Part shown: positions 22,539-32,464 of the stretch, in pieces
Layout: the number at the start of each line of letters is the position of its first letter
How positions within the stretch are numbered: position 1 is the stretch's first letter
Assembly (NCBI GenBank): GCA_963697335.1
Contig: CAVONQ010000004.1
Span: forward strand, 1-64,000
DNA from: an uncultured cyanobacterium
GTDB taxonomy: Bacteria > Cyanobacteriota > Cyanobacteriia > PCC-6307 > Cyanobiaceae
Direction of reading: 5' to 3'
DNA: 64,000 nt
Made by a program: the position numbers and the translations under genes
Notes under the pieces: generated by a model
Told to the model about the DNA's origin: nothing
Databases searched by the model: none
What the model saw: only the letters and a program-made list of their open reading frames with translations

Positions 22539-24352
22539 GGAGGCGGGGCCGGGACGCTGGCCATTCTGCGCAGGGCCTGCCGCTCGGCGGCGTCGCGACG
22601 GCGGTCGCTGCAGAGCCGCAGCAGAGCCAGCGGTTGCTCGAGGGCCCAGCTCAGGGCCGGCGGCAGCTCTGCGGCGGCGGCCACCTCCCGGCCAGGCACG
22701 CCGTGGGCTGCGGCCAGGGCGAGGGGATCCACGGCCTGGGGCATGGCGAACAGCCGCTCGAAATCCAGGGGCGCCGGCTGCTGGGGACGGATCGCCAGCT
22801 GCTCGAAGATGCCGCCGCCGCCGTTGTCGATCAGCACCACGGTGAGCCTCCCGCCCAGCTGGCGCCGCCAGAGCCAGCCGTTGCTGTCGTGCAGCAGGGC
22901 CAGATCGCCGCAGAGCAGCACCGCCGCCCCGACGGCCTCCGCCACGCCGCAGGCCAGCGACAGGGTGCCGTCGATGCCGGAGGCGCCCCGGAAGGCATAC
23001 ACCTCCCGGAAGGGAGCTGCGGCGGCAGCAAAGCTGTCCCAGTCGCGCACGGGGGAGCTGTTGGCGATCACCAGCGGCAGGGAGGGCGGCAACAGCAGGC
23101 TCAGCTGGCGCGCCAGGGCCGGCTCGCCCCAGGCCGGCGGGGCCAGGGCCGTGTCGAGGCCAGCCTGCAGCTGCCGCTCCAGGGCCTGCCAGCGGCCGGC
23201 GAGGGCCTGGCTGGCGGTGCCCGGTACCCCGCAGCGGACCTCAGAGGGCAACTGGGAAATCCAGGCGGCCAGCCCGGCCGGCCACTGGCCCGAGGCCGTG
23301 CCCAGCGGATCGAGGTTGCGGGGCTCGCCCTCGCTGATCAGCAACTGCCGGCCGCCACAGCGGCGCAGCAGGTGCTGCAGCCGCCGACTCGCCGGCAGGG
23401 GGCCAAGCCGCAGCAGCTGGGGGGCCAGCAGCGCAACCGGCGGGGGGTCGGGCAGCAGATCCGCCACGGTCACCAGCTCCAGGCCCGGCCAACCCCGCAA
23501 GCCGCTGAGGCCGTCGGCCAGCACGGGCCAGCCGCTGCGCCGCTGCCACGCCGCCACGGCCTCGCGGTAGGCCGGGCCGTGCTGGGGCAGGCCCCGCCAG
23601 GGGCCGGCCACCACCAGCCCAGGCTGATCGGGATCGAGGCCACCGCTGCCGATCGACGCGGCCTCCAGGGGCCAGGCCAGCGGCCCAGTCCCTGCCGGGC
23701 TGGAGGCAGGCCCCAAACCGCCGGCCGGGTCCCGTGCCAGCAGCTCGGCCTCCAGCCGGGCCGCCAATCCCCTGGCGAGCTCCAGGGCCAGGGCATCCCC
23801 GTGCAAGGGCTCCTCCAGGGGCAGATTCAGATGCACGGGGCCAGGGGGCAGCCCCTGGCAAGGCGCCGTGGCGGCCATCGCCCGCGCCGCCAGCTGCTGC
23901 AGCTCCGCGGCGGTCATCGCCGCCAGCCCCTCAGGGTCCCCATGCAACAGCAGGCGCACGCTGGCCTGCAGAAACTGCTCCTGGTTGACGGCCTGGTTGG
24001 CACCACAGCCCTTGAGCCGCTGCGGACGGTCGGCGCTGATCAGCAGCAGCGGGATCGTGCCGAAATCAGCCTCCACACAGGCGGGCAGCAGGTTGGCCAC
24101 CGCACTGCCGGAGGTGGTGATCACAGCGGCGGCGTGCCCCGAGGCCCGGCCATGGCCGAGGGCAAAAAACCCAGCCGAGCGCTCATCCACGGCGGTGAGC
24201 AGCCGCAGGCGCGGACCCTCCAGCAGCCCCGCGGCCACCGCCAGCGGGCCGGAGCGACTGCCCGGGCAGACCACCACCAGCTCCAGGCCGGCCGCCACCA
24301 GGGCCTGGAGCAGGCGCACGGAGGCCTCGAGGTTGCGGCGAGCCAGGTCCAC
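22535..24352 (-). CDS. menD: SEPHCHC synthase
   Basis: [50 protein letters not shown] start at VDLARRN. Confidence 0.95.
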   Translation of the reverse strand: MDLARRNLEASVRLLQALVAAGLELVVVCPGSRSGPLAVAAGLLEGPRLRLLTAVDERSAGFFALGHGRASGHAAAVITTSGSAVANLLPACVEADFGTIPLLLISADRPQRLKGCGANQAVNQEQFLQASVRLLLHGDPEGLAAMTAAELQQLAARAMAATAPCQGLPPGPVHLNLPLEEPLHGDALALELARGLAARLEAELLARDPAGGLGPASSPAGTGPLAWPLEAASIGSGGLDPDQPGLVVAGPWRGLPQHGPAYREAVAAWQRRSGWPVLADGLSGLRGWPGLELVTVADLLPDPPPVALLAPQLLRLGPLPASRRLQHLLRRCGGRQLLISEGEPRNLDPLGTASGQWPAGLAAWISQLPSEVRCGVPGTASQALAGRWQALERQLQAGLDTALAPPAWGEPALARQLSLLLPPSLPLVIANSSPVRDWDSFAAAAAPFREVYAFRGASGIDGTLSLACGVAEAVGAAVLLCGDLALLHDSNGWLWRRQLGGRLTVVLIDNGGGGIFEQLAIRPQQPAPLDFERLFAMPQAVDPLALAAAHGVPGREVAAAAELPPALSWALEQPLALLRLCSDRRRDAAERQALRRMASVPAPPP

Positions 24353-24393
24353 GCCCTCAGGAGCAGGATGGGTCCACCATCCTGGCCACCGGC

Positions 24394-25017
24394 TTGTCCC
24401 CCTCCCCGCCAGAGTCCGAAACCAGCCAGGGGCCGGCATCAGCCCTGCAGAGCCTGCGACGCCAGCTGCTGCCCCTGCTGTTGTGGGTCGCCGTGGCCTT
24501 GCTGCTGCGCTGGGCCGTGGTGGAGCCGCGCTGGATTCCCTCCGGTTCGATGCTGCCCACCCTGGAGTTAGGCGACAGGGTGCTGGTGGAGAAGGTGCGA
24601 ACCCGCCTGCACCGGCCCCTGCCCGTGGGCACGGTGGTGGTGTTCCACCCCCCAGCGGCGCTGGTGGCGGCGGGCTATGCCCCGGAGGCCGCCCTGATCA
24701 AGCGGGTCGTGGCCAGGGCGGGGGACCAGGTGGAGGTGCGTCAGGGCAGGCTCTGGCGCAACGGCCAGGCCGTGCAGACCGACTGGGCCGCCGAACCGAT
24801 GGACTACAGCTTCGGGCCCGTGCAGGTGCCACCCCAGCAGGTGCTGGTGCTGGGGGACAACCGCAACGCCAGCCTCGATTCCCACCTCTGGGGCCCCCTG
24901 CCGGAGAGCGAGCTGGTCGGGGCGGCCGTATGGCGCTACTGGCCCCTGCAGCGGTTCGGTGCGATTCGGTTTTCCCGAACAACAGACGATCTCGGCTTGT
25001 CGCAAGGACTGGGTTAA
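24394..25017 (+). CDS. lepB: Signal peptidase I
   Basis: IPSGSMLPTL, LIKRVVA, LGDNRNASLDSH. Confidence 0.95.
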   Translation: MSPSPPESETSQGPASALQSLRRQLLPLLLWVAVALLLRWAVVEPRWIPSGSMLPTLELGDRVLVEKVRTRLHRPLPVGTVVVFHPPAALVAAGYAPEAALIKRVVARAGDQVEVRQGRLWRNGQAVQTDWAAEPMDYSFGPVQVPPQQVLVLGDNRNASLDSHLWGPLPESELVGAAVWRYWPLQRFGAIRFSRTTDDLGLSQGLG

Positions 25018-25048
25018 GGTTTCGTGGTGATGCGGAGCACACCGGAAG

Positions 25049-25411
25049 ATGTTCAACCCGGAGTTCCTGACCACGGACAATGAAGCCATCAGTGGCAATT
25101 CGCTGATCCAGTACCTCCAGGAACAGTCTCCGGATGTGTTGCAGCGGGTGGCCCGCTCGGCCAGCGGCGACATCCAGGACATCATTCGCCACAACGTGCA
25201 GGGCCTGCTCGGCATGCTGCCGGGCGAGCACTTCGAGGTGAAGATCCAGACCAACCGCGACAACCTGGCCGGCCTGCTCGCCTCGGCCATGATGACCGGC
25301 TATTTCCTGCGCCAGATGGAGCAGCGCATGGAACTGGACACCAGCCTGCTCTCCAGCGATGGCGGCGATTCCGACCCCTGCGACGCCGACCCCGGCGAAC
25401 TGAGGCTCTGA
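25049..25411 (+). CDS. DUF760 domain protein
   Basis: NSLIQYLQEQ, NVQGLLGMLP, LLASAMMTGYFLRQMEQR. Confidence 0.9.
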   Translation: MFNPEFLTTDNEAISGNSLIQYLQEQSPDVLQRVARSASGDIQDIIRHNVQGLLGMLPGEHFEVKIQTNRDNLAGLLASAMMTGYFLRQMEQRMELDTSLLSSDGGDSDPCDADPGELRL

Positions 25412-25415
25412 AGGC

Positions 25416-25445
25416 CTTCAGAAGTGCCGATTGCCGCTTCTGAAG
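25416..25445. terminator. Inverted repeat between convergent genes (probable bidirectional terminator)
   Basis: CTTCAGAAGTG / CGCTTCTGAAG 11-bp stem (one G-U pair); no U-tract. Confidence 0.5.
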
Positions 25446-25490
25446 CATAGGAACCCTTGAGACAGGCGTCCCCTGGGCCCTAGGGGGTCC

Positions 25491-26684
25491 TCAGCAACCC
25501 GGTTTCTCGGGAACCACGCCCCAGCGCAGCAGGGCGGCATCGACGCTGGCCAGAAACTTCCAGCTGGATTCGGCCGGAGCCCAGGGACGGGCCTCCAGGG
25601 CCGCAGCCAGGGCCTCGAGGCAAGAGGAATCGCAGGGCACCGGCGCCTCGTAGTGGGCCGGGATCACCTGGCGGACCCCCTCCAGGGCAGCCAGGCGGCG
25701 GATCCAGGCCAGCAGGGCCGGCCGGCAGCGGGGAAACACCAGCCGCTCCAGCACGGGAGCCACCTGCAGCTGCAGGCCACCGGAGGGCACCAGGGAGGCA
25801 AACTCCTCCTGCCAGCCCGGCAGCCACTGGAAGGGATAGAGCCCGAAGTAGGCCTGGGCCCGCCGCAGCCCCGGTGCCATGGAATAGCGCAGCTGCTCCA
25901 GCAGGCCAGGCACCTGGAGCCGCTCGGGCCTGAGGTAGGAGGCAAACAGCACCAGGCGCTGCCAGCCCCGCTGGCGGCGCTCGGCGCTGTCGTGCAGGGG
26001 CTCATCGCCGCGGTCGCGGGCATGGAACAGCAGGGGGGTGGGATCGGCCTCGAACAGGGCGGGGGGCTCGGGGCCGATCGCCACCAGGGCATCCGTCACC
26101 AGCAGGCTGCCGCTGCCGCGGTGCAGGCAGGCCACCTCCATGAACGTGCCCAGCCCCAGGTCCAGCGGACCCAGGGCCACCCAGTCGAGCTCCTGGGGGA
26201 AGGGCACCCCCTGCTCCAACAGCACCCGCGTGCGGGCCCTGGGGAAGCCCAGCCAGTCCAGAGGCAACCGCAGGGGAAAACTCCACTGGCGCGGACTGAT
26301 CCACACCTGGGCGGTGGGAAAGGCCCGGGCCAGGGCCGGCAGGGGCAGCTTGTGCTCCAGTCCTGAGCTGGTGGGCAGCACGATGCAGAGCACGGGCCCG
26401 TAGCGCTGCTCCAGCTGCTCCAGCGCCCGGCGCAGTTCCCGGGTAGGGGGCAGGGCGCCGTAGAGCAGCAACCCCCCGGCCAGCCGCAGCACCGTCATGC
26501 GAATCGGCACGGCCACATACAGCAGCCCCTGCAGCTGCTCGAAGCTCCACACCTGATCGGGGATCAGCTCCCGCACCAGGGTGCGGCGGCGGCCATAGGG
26601 GTAGAGCGGCAACAGGGGCCACCAGGGCCAGCGCTGATCGGCGCGGGGGGAATCAGGCTGGGGTACGGCAGAGGAGGCTGGCAC
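25491..26684 (-). CDS. DUF4336 domain protein (metallo-hydrolase-like)
   Basis: WPLLPLYPYGRRRT, VPIRMTV, SGLEHK, VIPAHY; start uncertain (the ORF-track N-terminus overlaps the permease and is spurious). Confidence 0.85.
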   Translation of the reverse strand: MPASSAVPQPDSPRADQRWPWWPLLPLYPYGRRRTLVRELIPDQVWSFEQLQGLLYVAVPIRMTVLRLAGGLLLYGALPPTRELRRALEQLEQRYGPVLCIVLPTSSGLEHKLPLPALARAFPTAQVWISPRQWSFPLRLPLDWLGFPRARTRVLLEQGVPFPQELDWVALGPLDLGLGTFMEVACLHRGSGSLLVTDALVAIGPEPPALFEADPTPLLFHARDRGDEPLHDSAERRQRGWQRLVLFASYLRPERLQVPGLLEQLRYSMAPGLRRAQAYFGLYPFQWLPGWQEEFASLVPSGGLQLQVAPVLERLVFPRCRPALLAWIRRLAALEGVRQVIPAHYEAPVPCDSSCLEALAAALEARPWAPAESSWKFLASVDAALLRWGVVPEKPGC

Positions 26685-26719
26685 TGGCGCGGGCGAAGGG
26701 GTTGCCGTGACCGGCTGGT

Positions 26720-27580
26720 TCAGGACTGGTGCTGCCTGAAGATGCCGTGGCGCGGGGCAAACAAGAAGGCGAGCAGGAACAGGAAGGTCTGCACCAGCAC
26801 GATGCAACCGGCCGTGGAGCTGTCGCTCCAGTAGCTCACATACACCCCTCCCACGCTGGAGAACACGCTGCTGGCCACCGCCAGCTGGGTCATGCGGTCG
26901 AAGCGATCGGTGAGCAGGTAGGCCGTGGCCCCGGGGGTGACCAGCATCGCCACCACCAGGATGATGCCCACGGTCTGCAGGCCCGCCACCGCCGCCAGGG
27001 ACAACACCGAGAGCAGCAGGTAATGCAGCAGGCCGGTGTTGATGCCGATCGAACGGGCGTGGGTGGGATCGAAGCAGAACAGCATCAGATCGCGGCGCAG
27101 CACCAGCAACACCGCCAGCACGATGGCGCAGATCACCAGGGTGTCGGTGATGTCGCCGGCAGAGATGCCCAGCACATTGCCAAACAGGATGTGGGTGAGA
27201 TCGATGTTGCTGCGGATCTTCGAAATCAGCACCAGGCCGAGGGCGAAGAAGCCCGTGAACACCAGGCCGATCACCGTGTCTTCCTTCACCCTGGACTTCT
27301 GTTTGACGAAGCCGATCACGGCCACCGAGCCCACCCCGAACACGAAGGCCCCCACCGAGAACGGCAGGCCCAGGGCGTAGGCCACCACCACGCCGGGCAT
27401 CACCGCATGGGACACGGCATCGCCCATCAGCGCCCAGCCCTTGAGCGTCATGTAACAGGAGAGCAGGCCGCACACGCCCCCCACCAGGGCACTCACCAGC
27501 AGGGCCCGCACCATGAAGCCGTGGCTGATCGGCTCCAGCAGCCAGGTGAGCGGCAGGCCCGTCGCCAGGGAGGCCGTCAT
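26720..27580 (-). CDS. mntB: Mn/Zn ABC transporter permease
   Basis: LMGDAVSHAVMPG, LTHILFGNVLG, multiple TM segments. Confidence 0.9.
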   Translation of the reverse strand: MTASLATGLPLTWLLEPISHGFMVRALLVSALVGGVCGLLSCYMTLKGWALMGDAVSHAVMPGVVVAYALGLPFSVGAFVFGVGSVAVIGFVKQKSRVKEDTVIGLVFTGFFALGLVLISKIRSNIDLTHILFGNVLGISAGDITDTLVICAIVLAVLLVLRRDLMLFCFDPTHARSIGINTGLLHYLLLSVLSLAAVAGLQTVGIILVVAMLVTPGATAYLLTDRFDRMTQLAVASSVFSSVGGVYVSYWSDSSTAGCIVLVQTFLFLLAFLFAPRHGIFRQHQS

Positions 27581-28371
27581 CGCCCGTTCTCGCGGGAGGG
27601 GGTGGGGCCCATCAGCAGGTTGGGCGGCAGGCCCCCGAAGGTGAGCGAGAGGTTCTCCGGTGTGAACACCTCGGAGGTCTCGCCGTAGGCCAGCACGGTC
27701 TTGTTGATCAGCACCACCCGGTCGCAGAAGTTGCGCACGTGGCTGAGGTCGTGGGTGGAGATCAGGATCGAGCGCTGCTCCTTGCGGAATTGCACGAACA
27801 GATCGGCCATCAGCTTCTCCGTGCGCACGTCCACGCCATTGAAGGGCTCATCCAGCAACAGCACCGAGGCGCCCTGGGCGATGGCCCGGGCCAGGAACGC
27901 CCGCTTGCGCTGGCCACCAGAAAGGGAGCCGATCGGCCGGTTGCGCAGCTCCAGCAGCTCGACGCGCTCGAGGGCATGGCGCACCGCGGCCCGATCAGAG
28001 GGCCGGGCCAGCCGCAGCAGATTCATTGAGCCGTAGCGGCCCATCATCACCACGTCCCAGACCGACACGGGGAAAGCGCAGTCGACGCCATCGCTCTGGG
28101 GCACGTAGGCCACGGCTTGCTGGCGCTGGGCCTCGCGCACAGACAGGCCGTTAATGCGGATGTAGCCCTTGGAGGGGCGCAGGAAGCCCATCAAGGCCTT
28201 GAACAGGGTGGTTTTGCCTGCGCCGTTCATGCCCACCAGGCCGCAGATGCAGCCGGCCTCCAGCCGCAGGCTGGCGTCGTGCAGGGCCATGGTGCCGTTG
28301 TAGTCAACGCAGACCTGGTCGGCCTCGATCCGCAACCGCTCGGCGCCCAGTGGTGGTCGGGCTGCCCTCAT
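27577..28371 (-). CDS. mntA: Mn/Zn ABC transporter ATP-binding protein
   Basis: GMNGAGKT, LSGGQRKR, LLDEPF, STHDL. Confidence 0.9.
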   Translation of the reverse strand: MRAARPPLGAERLRIEADQVCVDYNGTMALHDASLRLEAGCICGLVGMNGAGKTTLFKALMGFLRPSKGYIRINGLSVREAQRQQAVAYVPQSDGVDCAFPVSVWDVVMMGRYGSMNLLRLARPSDRAAVRHALERVELLELRNRPIGSLSGGQRKRAFLARAIAQGASVLLLDEPFNGVDVRTEKLMADLFVQFRKEQRSILISTHDLSHVRNFCDRVVLINKTVLAYGETSEVFTPENLSLTFGGLPPNLLMGPTPSRENGR

Positions 28372-29351
28372 GGGGTCACTCCGTTGCTCTCAGGGGTGCC
28401 CAGACCCCGCTGGATCAGGCCCACATTGTGGCGTTGCATGGCGAGCAGGGTGGGAGCCGGCCCAGCGGGCGTGGAGAGGGAGTCCACGTAGAAGGTGCCA
28501 CCAAAGCTGGCGCCGGCGGCCTTGGCCACCTGCCGCTGGGAGGCATCGCTCACGGTGCTCTCGCAGAACACCGCGGGCACCTGGCGGTCGCGGACCATGT
28601 CGATCAGGCGGGCCATCCGCTTGGGCGTGACCTGACTCTCGGCGTTCACCGGCCAGAGGTAGGCCTCGGTGAGGCCGTAGTCATGGGCGAGATAGGTGAA
28701 CGCGCCCTCGCAGGTGGCCAGCAGCCGCCGCGACTCCGGAATCGTGGCCAGGGAAGCTCGCAGCTCCTGATCCAGCTGGGCCAGCTGTTGTTTGTAGGCC
28801 TCGCCATTGGCCCGGAAGCTGGCGGCGCCGTCGGGGTCCAGGCGAGTGAAGGCGCTCACGATGTTGTCGATGTAGCGCTTGGCCTTCTGGGGCGACATCC
28901 AGGCATGGGGATTGGGCTTGCCGGCGTAGGCATCCTCGGCGATGGGCAGGGGTGTGATCCCCTCGGTGAGCGTGACCACGGGCACGTTGCCGGCCGCCGC
29001 CGTGAACTTGCGGGACCAGAGCTCCAGGTTGAGGCCGTTCTCCAGGATCAGGTCGGCCCGGCTGGCACGCTCCACGTCACTGGGGGTGGGTTCGTAGCCA
29101 TGGATCTCAGCACCCAGCTTGGTGATCGACTCCACCTGCAGGCGATCGCCGGCCACCTGGCGGGCCATGTCTGCCAGCACCGTGAAGGTGGTGAGCACCA
29201 CCGGGCGGTCATCCTCGGGGTCCTGGCGCGCCTCGGGGCTGGGGGAGTCGCAGGCGGCCATCAGCAGGGCAGCCAGGGCTGCCACGAGGGGGCGCCCGAG
29301 GCGGCTCAAGCCGGGCAAGGGGCCGCGGGCGCCTGCCGATCGAGGACCCAT
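28368..29351 (-). CDS. mntC: Mn/Zn ABC transporter substrate-binding lipoprotein (cluster A-I)
   Basis: Lipobox LMAAC; EIHGYEPTPSD, NPHAWMSP, CEGAF, YVDSL (His/His/Glu/Asp ligand set). Confidence 0.9.
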   Translation of the reverse strand: MGPRSAGARGPLPGLSRLGRPLVAALAALLMAACDSPSPEARQDPEDDRPVVLTTFTVLADMARQVAGDRLQVESITKLGAEIHGYEPTPSDVERASRADLILENGLNLELWSRKFTAAAGNVPVVTLTEGITPLPIAEDAYAGKPNPHAWMSPQKAKRYIDNIVSAFTRLDPDGAASFRANGEAYKQQLAQLDQELRASLATIPESRRLLATCEGAFTYLAHDYGLTEAYLWPVNAESQVTPKRMARLIDMVRDRQVPAVFCESTVSDASQRQVAKAAGASFGGTFYVDSLSTPAGPAPTLLAMQRHNVGLIQRGLGTPESNGVTP

Positions 29352-29483
29352 GCAGCTGCTTCAGGTTCCGTAGGGGACGTTACGAAACGCGCTCAGACGA
29401 CCCGAGAGGCCCCGGCCCGCCGCAATGCTCTGCAACATGGCGGCACCAACCGCCTGACCCTGAGGGGGCCGGGGCTGTCCATG

Positions 29484-29507
29484 AAAAACCCCCGCCGCAG
29501 CGGGGGT
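29484..29507 (-). terminator. Rho-independent terminator of psbA
   Basis: Minus strand ACCCCCGC-TGCG-GCGGGGG followed by TTTTT, 44 nt after the psbA stop. Confidence 0.85.
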
Positions 29508-29551
29508 GAGGAGAGCAGAAGCGGCGGAGGCGGGCTGTTGGGCCAGCAGCG

Positions 29552-30628
29552 TCAGCCAATGGCCGGGGCGGTGAGGGCCACGGGGGTGGACTCCACTGCA
29601 GCCAGATCCAGGGGGAAGTTGTGGGCGTTGCGCTCGTGCATCACTTCCATGCCAAGGTTGGCGCGGGTGATCACATCGGCCCAGGTGGGCACCACCTTGC
29701 CCTGGGCATCCAGGATCGACTGGTTGAAGTTGAAACCGTTCAGGTTGAACGCCATCGTGCTCACCCCGAGGCTGGTGAACCAGATGCCCACCACCGGCCA
29801 CACCGCCAGGAAGAAGTGCAGGCTGCGGCTGTTGTTGAAGCTGGCGTACTGGAAGATCAGGCGACCAAAGTAACCGTGGGCAGCCACGATGTTGTAGGTC
29901 TCTTCCTCCTGGCCGAACTTGTAGCCGTAGTTCTGGCTCTCGCTCTCGGTGGTTTCACGCACCAGGGAGCTGGTGACCAGAGAACCGTGCATGGCGGAGA
30001 ACAGGGAGCCACCGAACACACCGGCCACACCCAGCATGTGGAAGGGGTGCATCAGGATGTTGTGCTCAGCCTGGAACACCAGCATGAAGTTGAAGGTGCC
30101 ACTGATGCCGAGGGGCATGGCGTCCGAGAAGGACCCCTGGCCGAAGGGATAGATCAGGAACACGGCAAAGGCAGCCGACAGAGGGGCGCTGTAGGCCACA
30201 CAGATCCAGGGCCGCATGCCGAGGCGGTAGCTGAGCTCCCACTGACGGCCCATGTAGGCCGAGATGCCGATCAGGAAGTGGAACACCACCAGCTGGTACG
30301 GGCCGCCGTTGTAGAGCCACTCGTCGAGGCTGGCGGCTTCCCAGATGGGATAGAAGTGCAGGCCGATGGCATTGCTGGAGGGCACAACAGCACCGGAGAT
30401 GATGTTGTTGCCATACAGGAAGGAGCCGGCTACAGGCTCACGGATGCCGTCAATGTCAACGGGGGGAGCGGCGATGAACGCCACAATGAAGCAGATGGTG
30501 GCCGCCAGAAGGCAGGGAATCATCAGCACGCCGAACCAACCGACATAGATGCGGTTGTTGGTGGAGGTGATCCACTGGCAGAAGCTTTCCCAGCTTGTTG
30601 CGCGGCCGCTGCGTACAGCAGTGGTCAT
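29552..30628 (-). CDS. psbA: Photosystem II D1 protein, D1:1-type isoform (Gln130)
   Basis: Full D1 sequence; PYQLVVFH (Q130); 358 aa; C-terminal [13 protein letters not shown] and extension. Confidence 0.99.
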   Translation of the reverse strand: MTTAVRSGRATSWESFCQWITSTNNRIYVGWFGVLMIPCLLAATICFIVAFIAAPPVDIDGIREPVAGSFLYGNNIISGAVVPSSNAIGLHFYPIWEAASLDEWLYNGGPYQLVVFHFLIGISAYMGRQWELSYRLGMRPWICVAYSAPLSAAFAVFLIYPFGQGSFSDAMPLGISGTFNFMLVFQAEHNILMHPFHMLGVAGVFGGSLFSAMHGSLVTSSLVRETTESESQNYGYKFGQEEETYNIVAAHGYFGRLIFQYASFNNSRSLHFFLAVWPVVGIWFTSLGVSTMAFNLNGFNFNQSILDAQGKVVPTWADVITRANLGMEVMHERNAHNFPLDLAAVESTPVALTAPAIG

Positions 30629-30690
30629 GGCAGGAGGACCCCGAAGGGTCGGGTATGGAGGAACAGAACGGGCTTCTGGATCAGAAGCTC
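30629..30690 (-). promoter_or_regulatory. Structured psbA 5' leader (two hairpins)
   Basis: GCTTCTG-ATC-CAGAAGC (30672-30688) and GACCC-TTCG-GGGTC (30637-30650). Confidence 0.6.
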
Positions 30691-30793
30691 TTCAAAACCC
30701 TACGCAGAACGCCCTGGTGCAACACCGAATCTCAACATTCGTGGGATTGCTTCGCAAAACTTAAATGCGCCCGCAACAAAGGCTTCACATGTT

Positions 30794-32335
30794 TCAGGCC
30801 GAGGCCGAGCTGACCTGCTGGGCTCGCCACCACTGCTGACCCTGCTGCAGGAAGCCACTCCAGTCGAGTTTTTCCGCCTCGGCCGCCCTGGCGACCAGCA
30901 GGGGCGCTTCCCGTTTGATGCGCTGCAGATCTGGATCCGGCACCCCGGCCGAGAGGGCGAGCATGTCGGCCATCGCCCGGCCCACCACCCGGGTGAGGTA
31001 GGCGGCGCTGAGGGCCTGAATGGCGCTACCCACCAACCAGGTGGCGCCATGCAGCTTGATCAGCGAGGCCAGCATCTGGGTGCTCCACTCCACCACCCCC
31101 AGGGCCAGGGAGGCCCGGCCCAGCTCGAGGGCGGCCGCGCGCAACTGCTCCGCCGTCCAGGGGCACTGCCAGAGCCTGGCCATCTCCTGCAGCATCAGGC
31201 CGTTGGCCACCGCCAGCACCACCAGATCCAGGGAGGGCAACGGTGCCGCCACCACGCCAGCGGCCACCAGCCACTGGGTGCGTTGCTGCAGCCGCGAGAA
31301 GCGCTGCCGCCGCAGGCTTTCCAGTTCGCTCTGCCAACGCCCGTGCAGGGTGCGCAGCCCCCGCAGCCGGCGCTCGTGGCGCAGGGCCCCGGCCCGTCGC
31401 CCCAGCTGGGTGGCCAGAGGAGCCAGCAGCTTCTCCAGTGCTGTGTGCTGGGGCGACCAGAACAGCAGGCTCTGGGCTGGCCCGAGCGGCAGCTGGGCCC
31501 TCAGCTCCTCGGCCAGGGAGGCTGGCTCGCGGCCGTCGTGGTGCTCCACCAGCAACCAGGTGGGCAGGCCCTGGGGAAGCGCTTCAATCCAGCGCAGATC
31601 AGCGGCCCCCAGGGGCATGCGCAGCCAGTAGATCAGCGCATCGACAGACTCAAACGGCTCGGGCCACGTCCAGCTGTCACTCCAGCTGGGCAGGGGCCGT
31701 GACCACTGCAGCGTCAGCGGCACCGAGCCGCGCAGGGCCTGGGCCAGCAGGGACTGCTGCTCCTGGGGAGACGCTGCCGTGGCGGCCACGCCGAGGGTGA
31801 GACCGGAGCGCTCCAACAGGGCCCGCTGGCTGGCCAGATCCCGGGCGCGCCGTTGGGCAGGGAGATCGGCAGCCTTGGTCAGGGCTGGTGACGCGGTGGG
31901 GCTCGCCGCAGCAGACGCCACAGGCGCAGGCTCCTTGGAAGCCAACCGCTTGGGCTCAGGCGCCTCCAGCAGCAGAAACTGCTCCTGCATCGCCTCCAGC
32001 CGCTTCAGCCAGCCCGCCACGTCGCCGGGATTCACCACGGCCGGGGGGGCCGGATGGCGCAGCAGCCACCATCCGGCGGCCAGCACCAGCACCCCGGTTC
32101 CGGCCGACACCACCGGCAGCCCGGAGAGGTGGCCCACACCGTCCAGCAACACACCCCCACCAACCACGGCGGCCCCGATCGGCCACCAGCGCCGGGCCAC
32201 CATGGCCAGCAGGGTGGCCGGAGGGGTGCCGGCAGGCCCCAGGCCGGAGGGTGGCCAAGGCGTCGGCAAGGCTGTTGTCGAGGCTGTTGTCGAGGCTGCT
32301 GTGTGAGGAAGCTCGGACGGCAGTGGCGGCGTCAA
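30794..32335 (-). CDS. YcjF/DUF697 family protein
   Basis: C-terminal QWLVAAGVVAAPLPSLDL..QALSAAYLTRVVG; start uncertain (TTG 32335 or ATG 32203). Confidence 0.82.
   Translation of the reverse strand: MTPPLPSELPHTAASTTASTTALPTPWPPSGLGPAGTPPATLLAMVARRWWPIGAAVVGGGVLLDGVGHLSGLPVVSAGTGVLVLAAGWWLLRHPAPPAVVNPGDVAGWLKRLEAMQEQFLLLEAPEPKRLASKEPAPVASAAASPTASPALTKAADLPAQRRARDLASQRALLERSGLTLGVAATAASPQEQQSLLAQALRGSVPLTLQWSRPLPSWSDSWTWPEPFESVDALIYWLRMPLGAADLRWIEALPQGLPTWLLVEHHDGREPASLAEELRAQLPLGPAQSLLFWSPQHTALEKLLAPLATQLGRRAGALRHERRLRGLRTLHGRWQSELESLRRQRFSRLQQRTQWLVAAGVVAAPLPSLDLVVLAVANGLMLQEMARLWQCPWTAEQLRAAALELGRASLALGVVEWSTQMLASLIKLHGATWLVGSAIQALSAAYLTRVVGRAMADMLALSAGVPDPDLQRIKREAPLLVARAAEAEKLDWSGFLQQGQQWWRAQQVSSASA
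32269..32303. repeat. 12-bp tandem repeat AGGCTGTTGTCG (2 perfect copies plus 1 degenerate)
   Basis: Seen directly; would encode TAASTTASTTA in the YcjF N-terminus. Confidence 0.75.
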
Positions 32336-32464
32336 CAGGTCACCAGCGGAGCTGCATCTCTCTAGCTCACCTGGGGGCAGCGCGCCTCCCCAATCAGCAA
32401 TAGCGTGGCGGCACTTGCAGGACCATCCAGTGTCAGGGGCAGGTCCAACAGCTGACCCGGGGCC

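Noticed and set aside
25491..27473. 660-aa version of DUF4336 overlapping the Mn permease
   Set aside because: The N-terminal ~260 aa is an alternate frame of mntB with low-complexity composition; family motifs begin only near 26630
29552..30628. psbA as a rogue, microaerobic or phage-derived D1
   Set aside because: All Mn ligands are present, D1' signature residues are absent, codon usage is host-like, and there are no phage genes nearby
29621..31702. 693-aa plus-strand ORF antisense to psbA and ycjF, and similar long antisense ORFs (57990-60422, 41963-44299, 3520-5247, 22634-24571)
   Set aside because: Shadow ORFs expected from high GC3 codon bias; each lies opposite a clearly identified gene and has no recognisable motif
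32269..32303. Short tandem repeat as a CRISPR or contingency locus
   Set aside because: 12-bp units without spacers, frame-preserving, and no cas genes in the window
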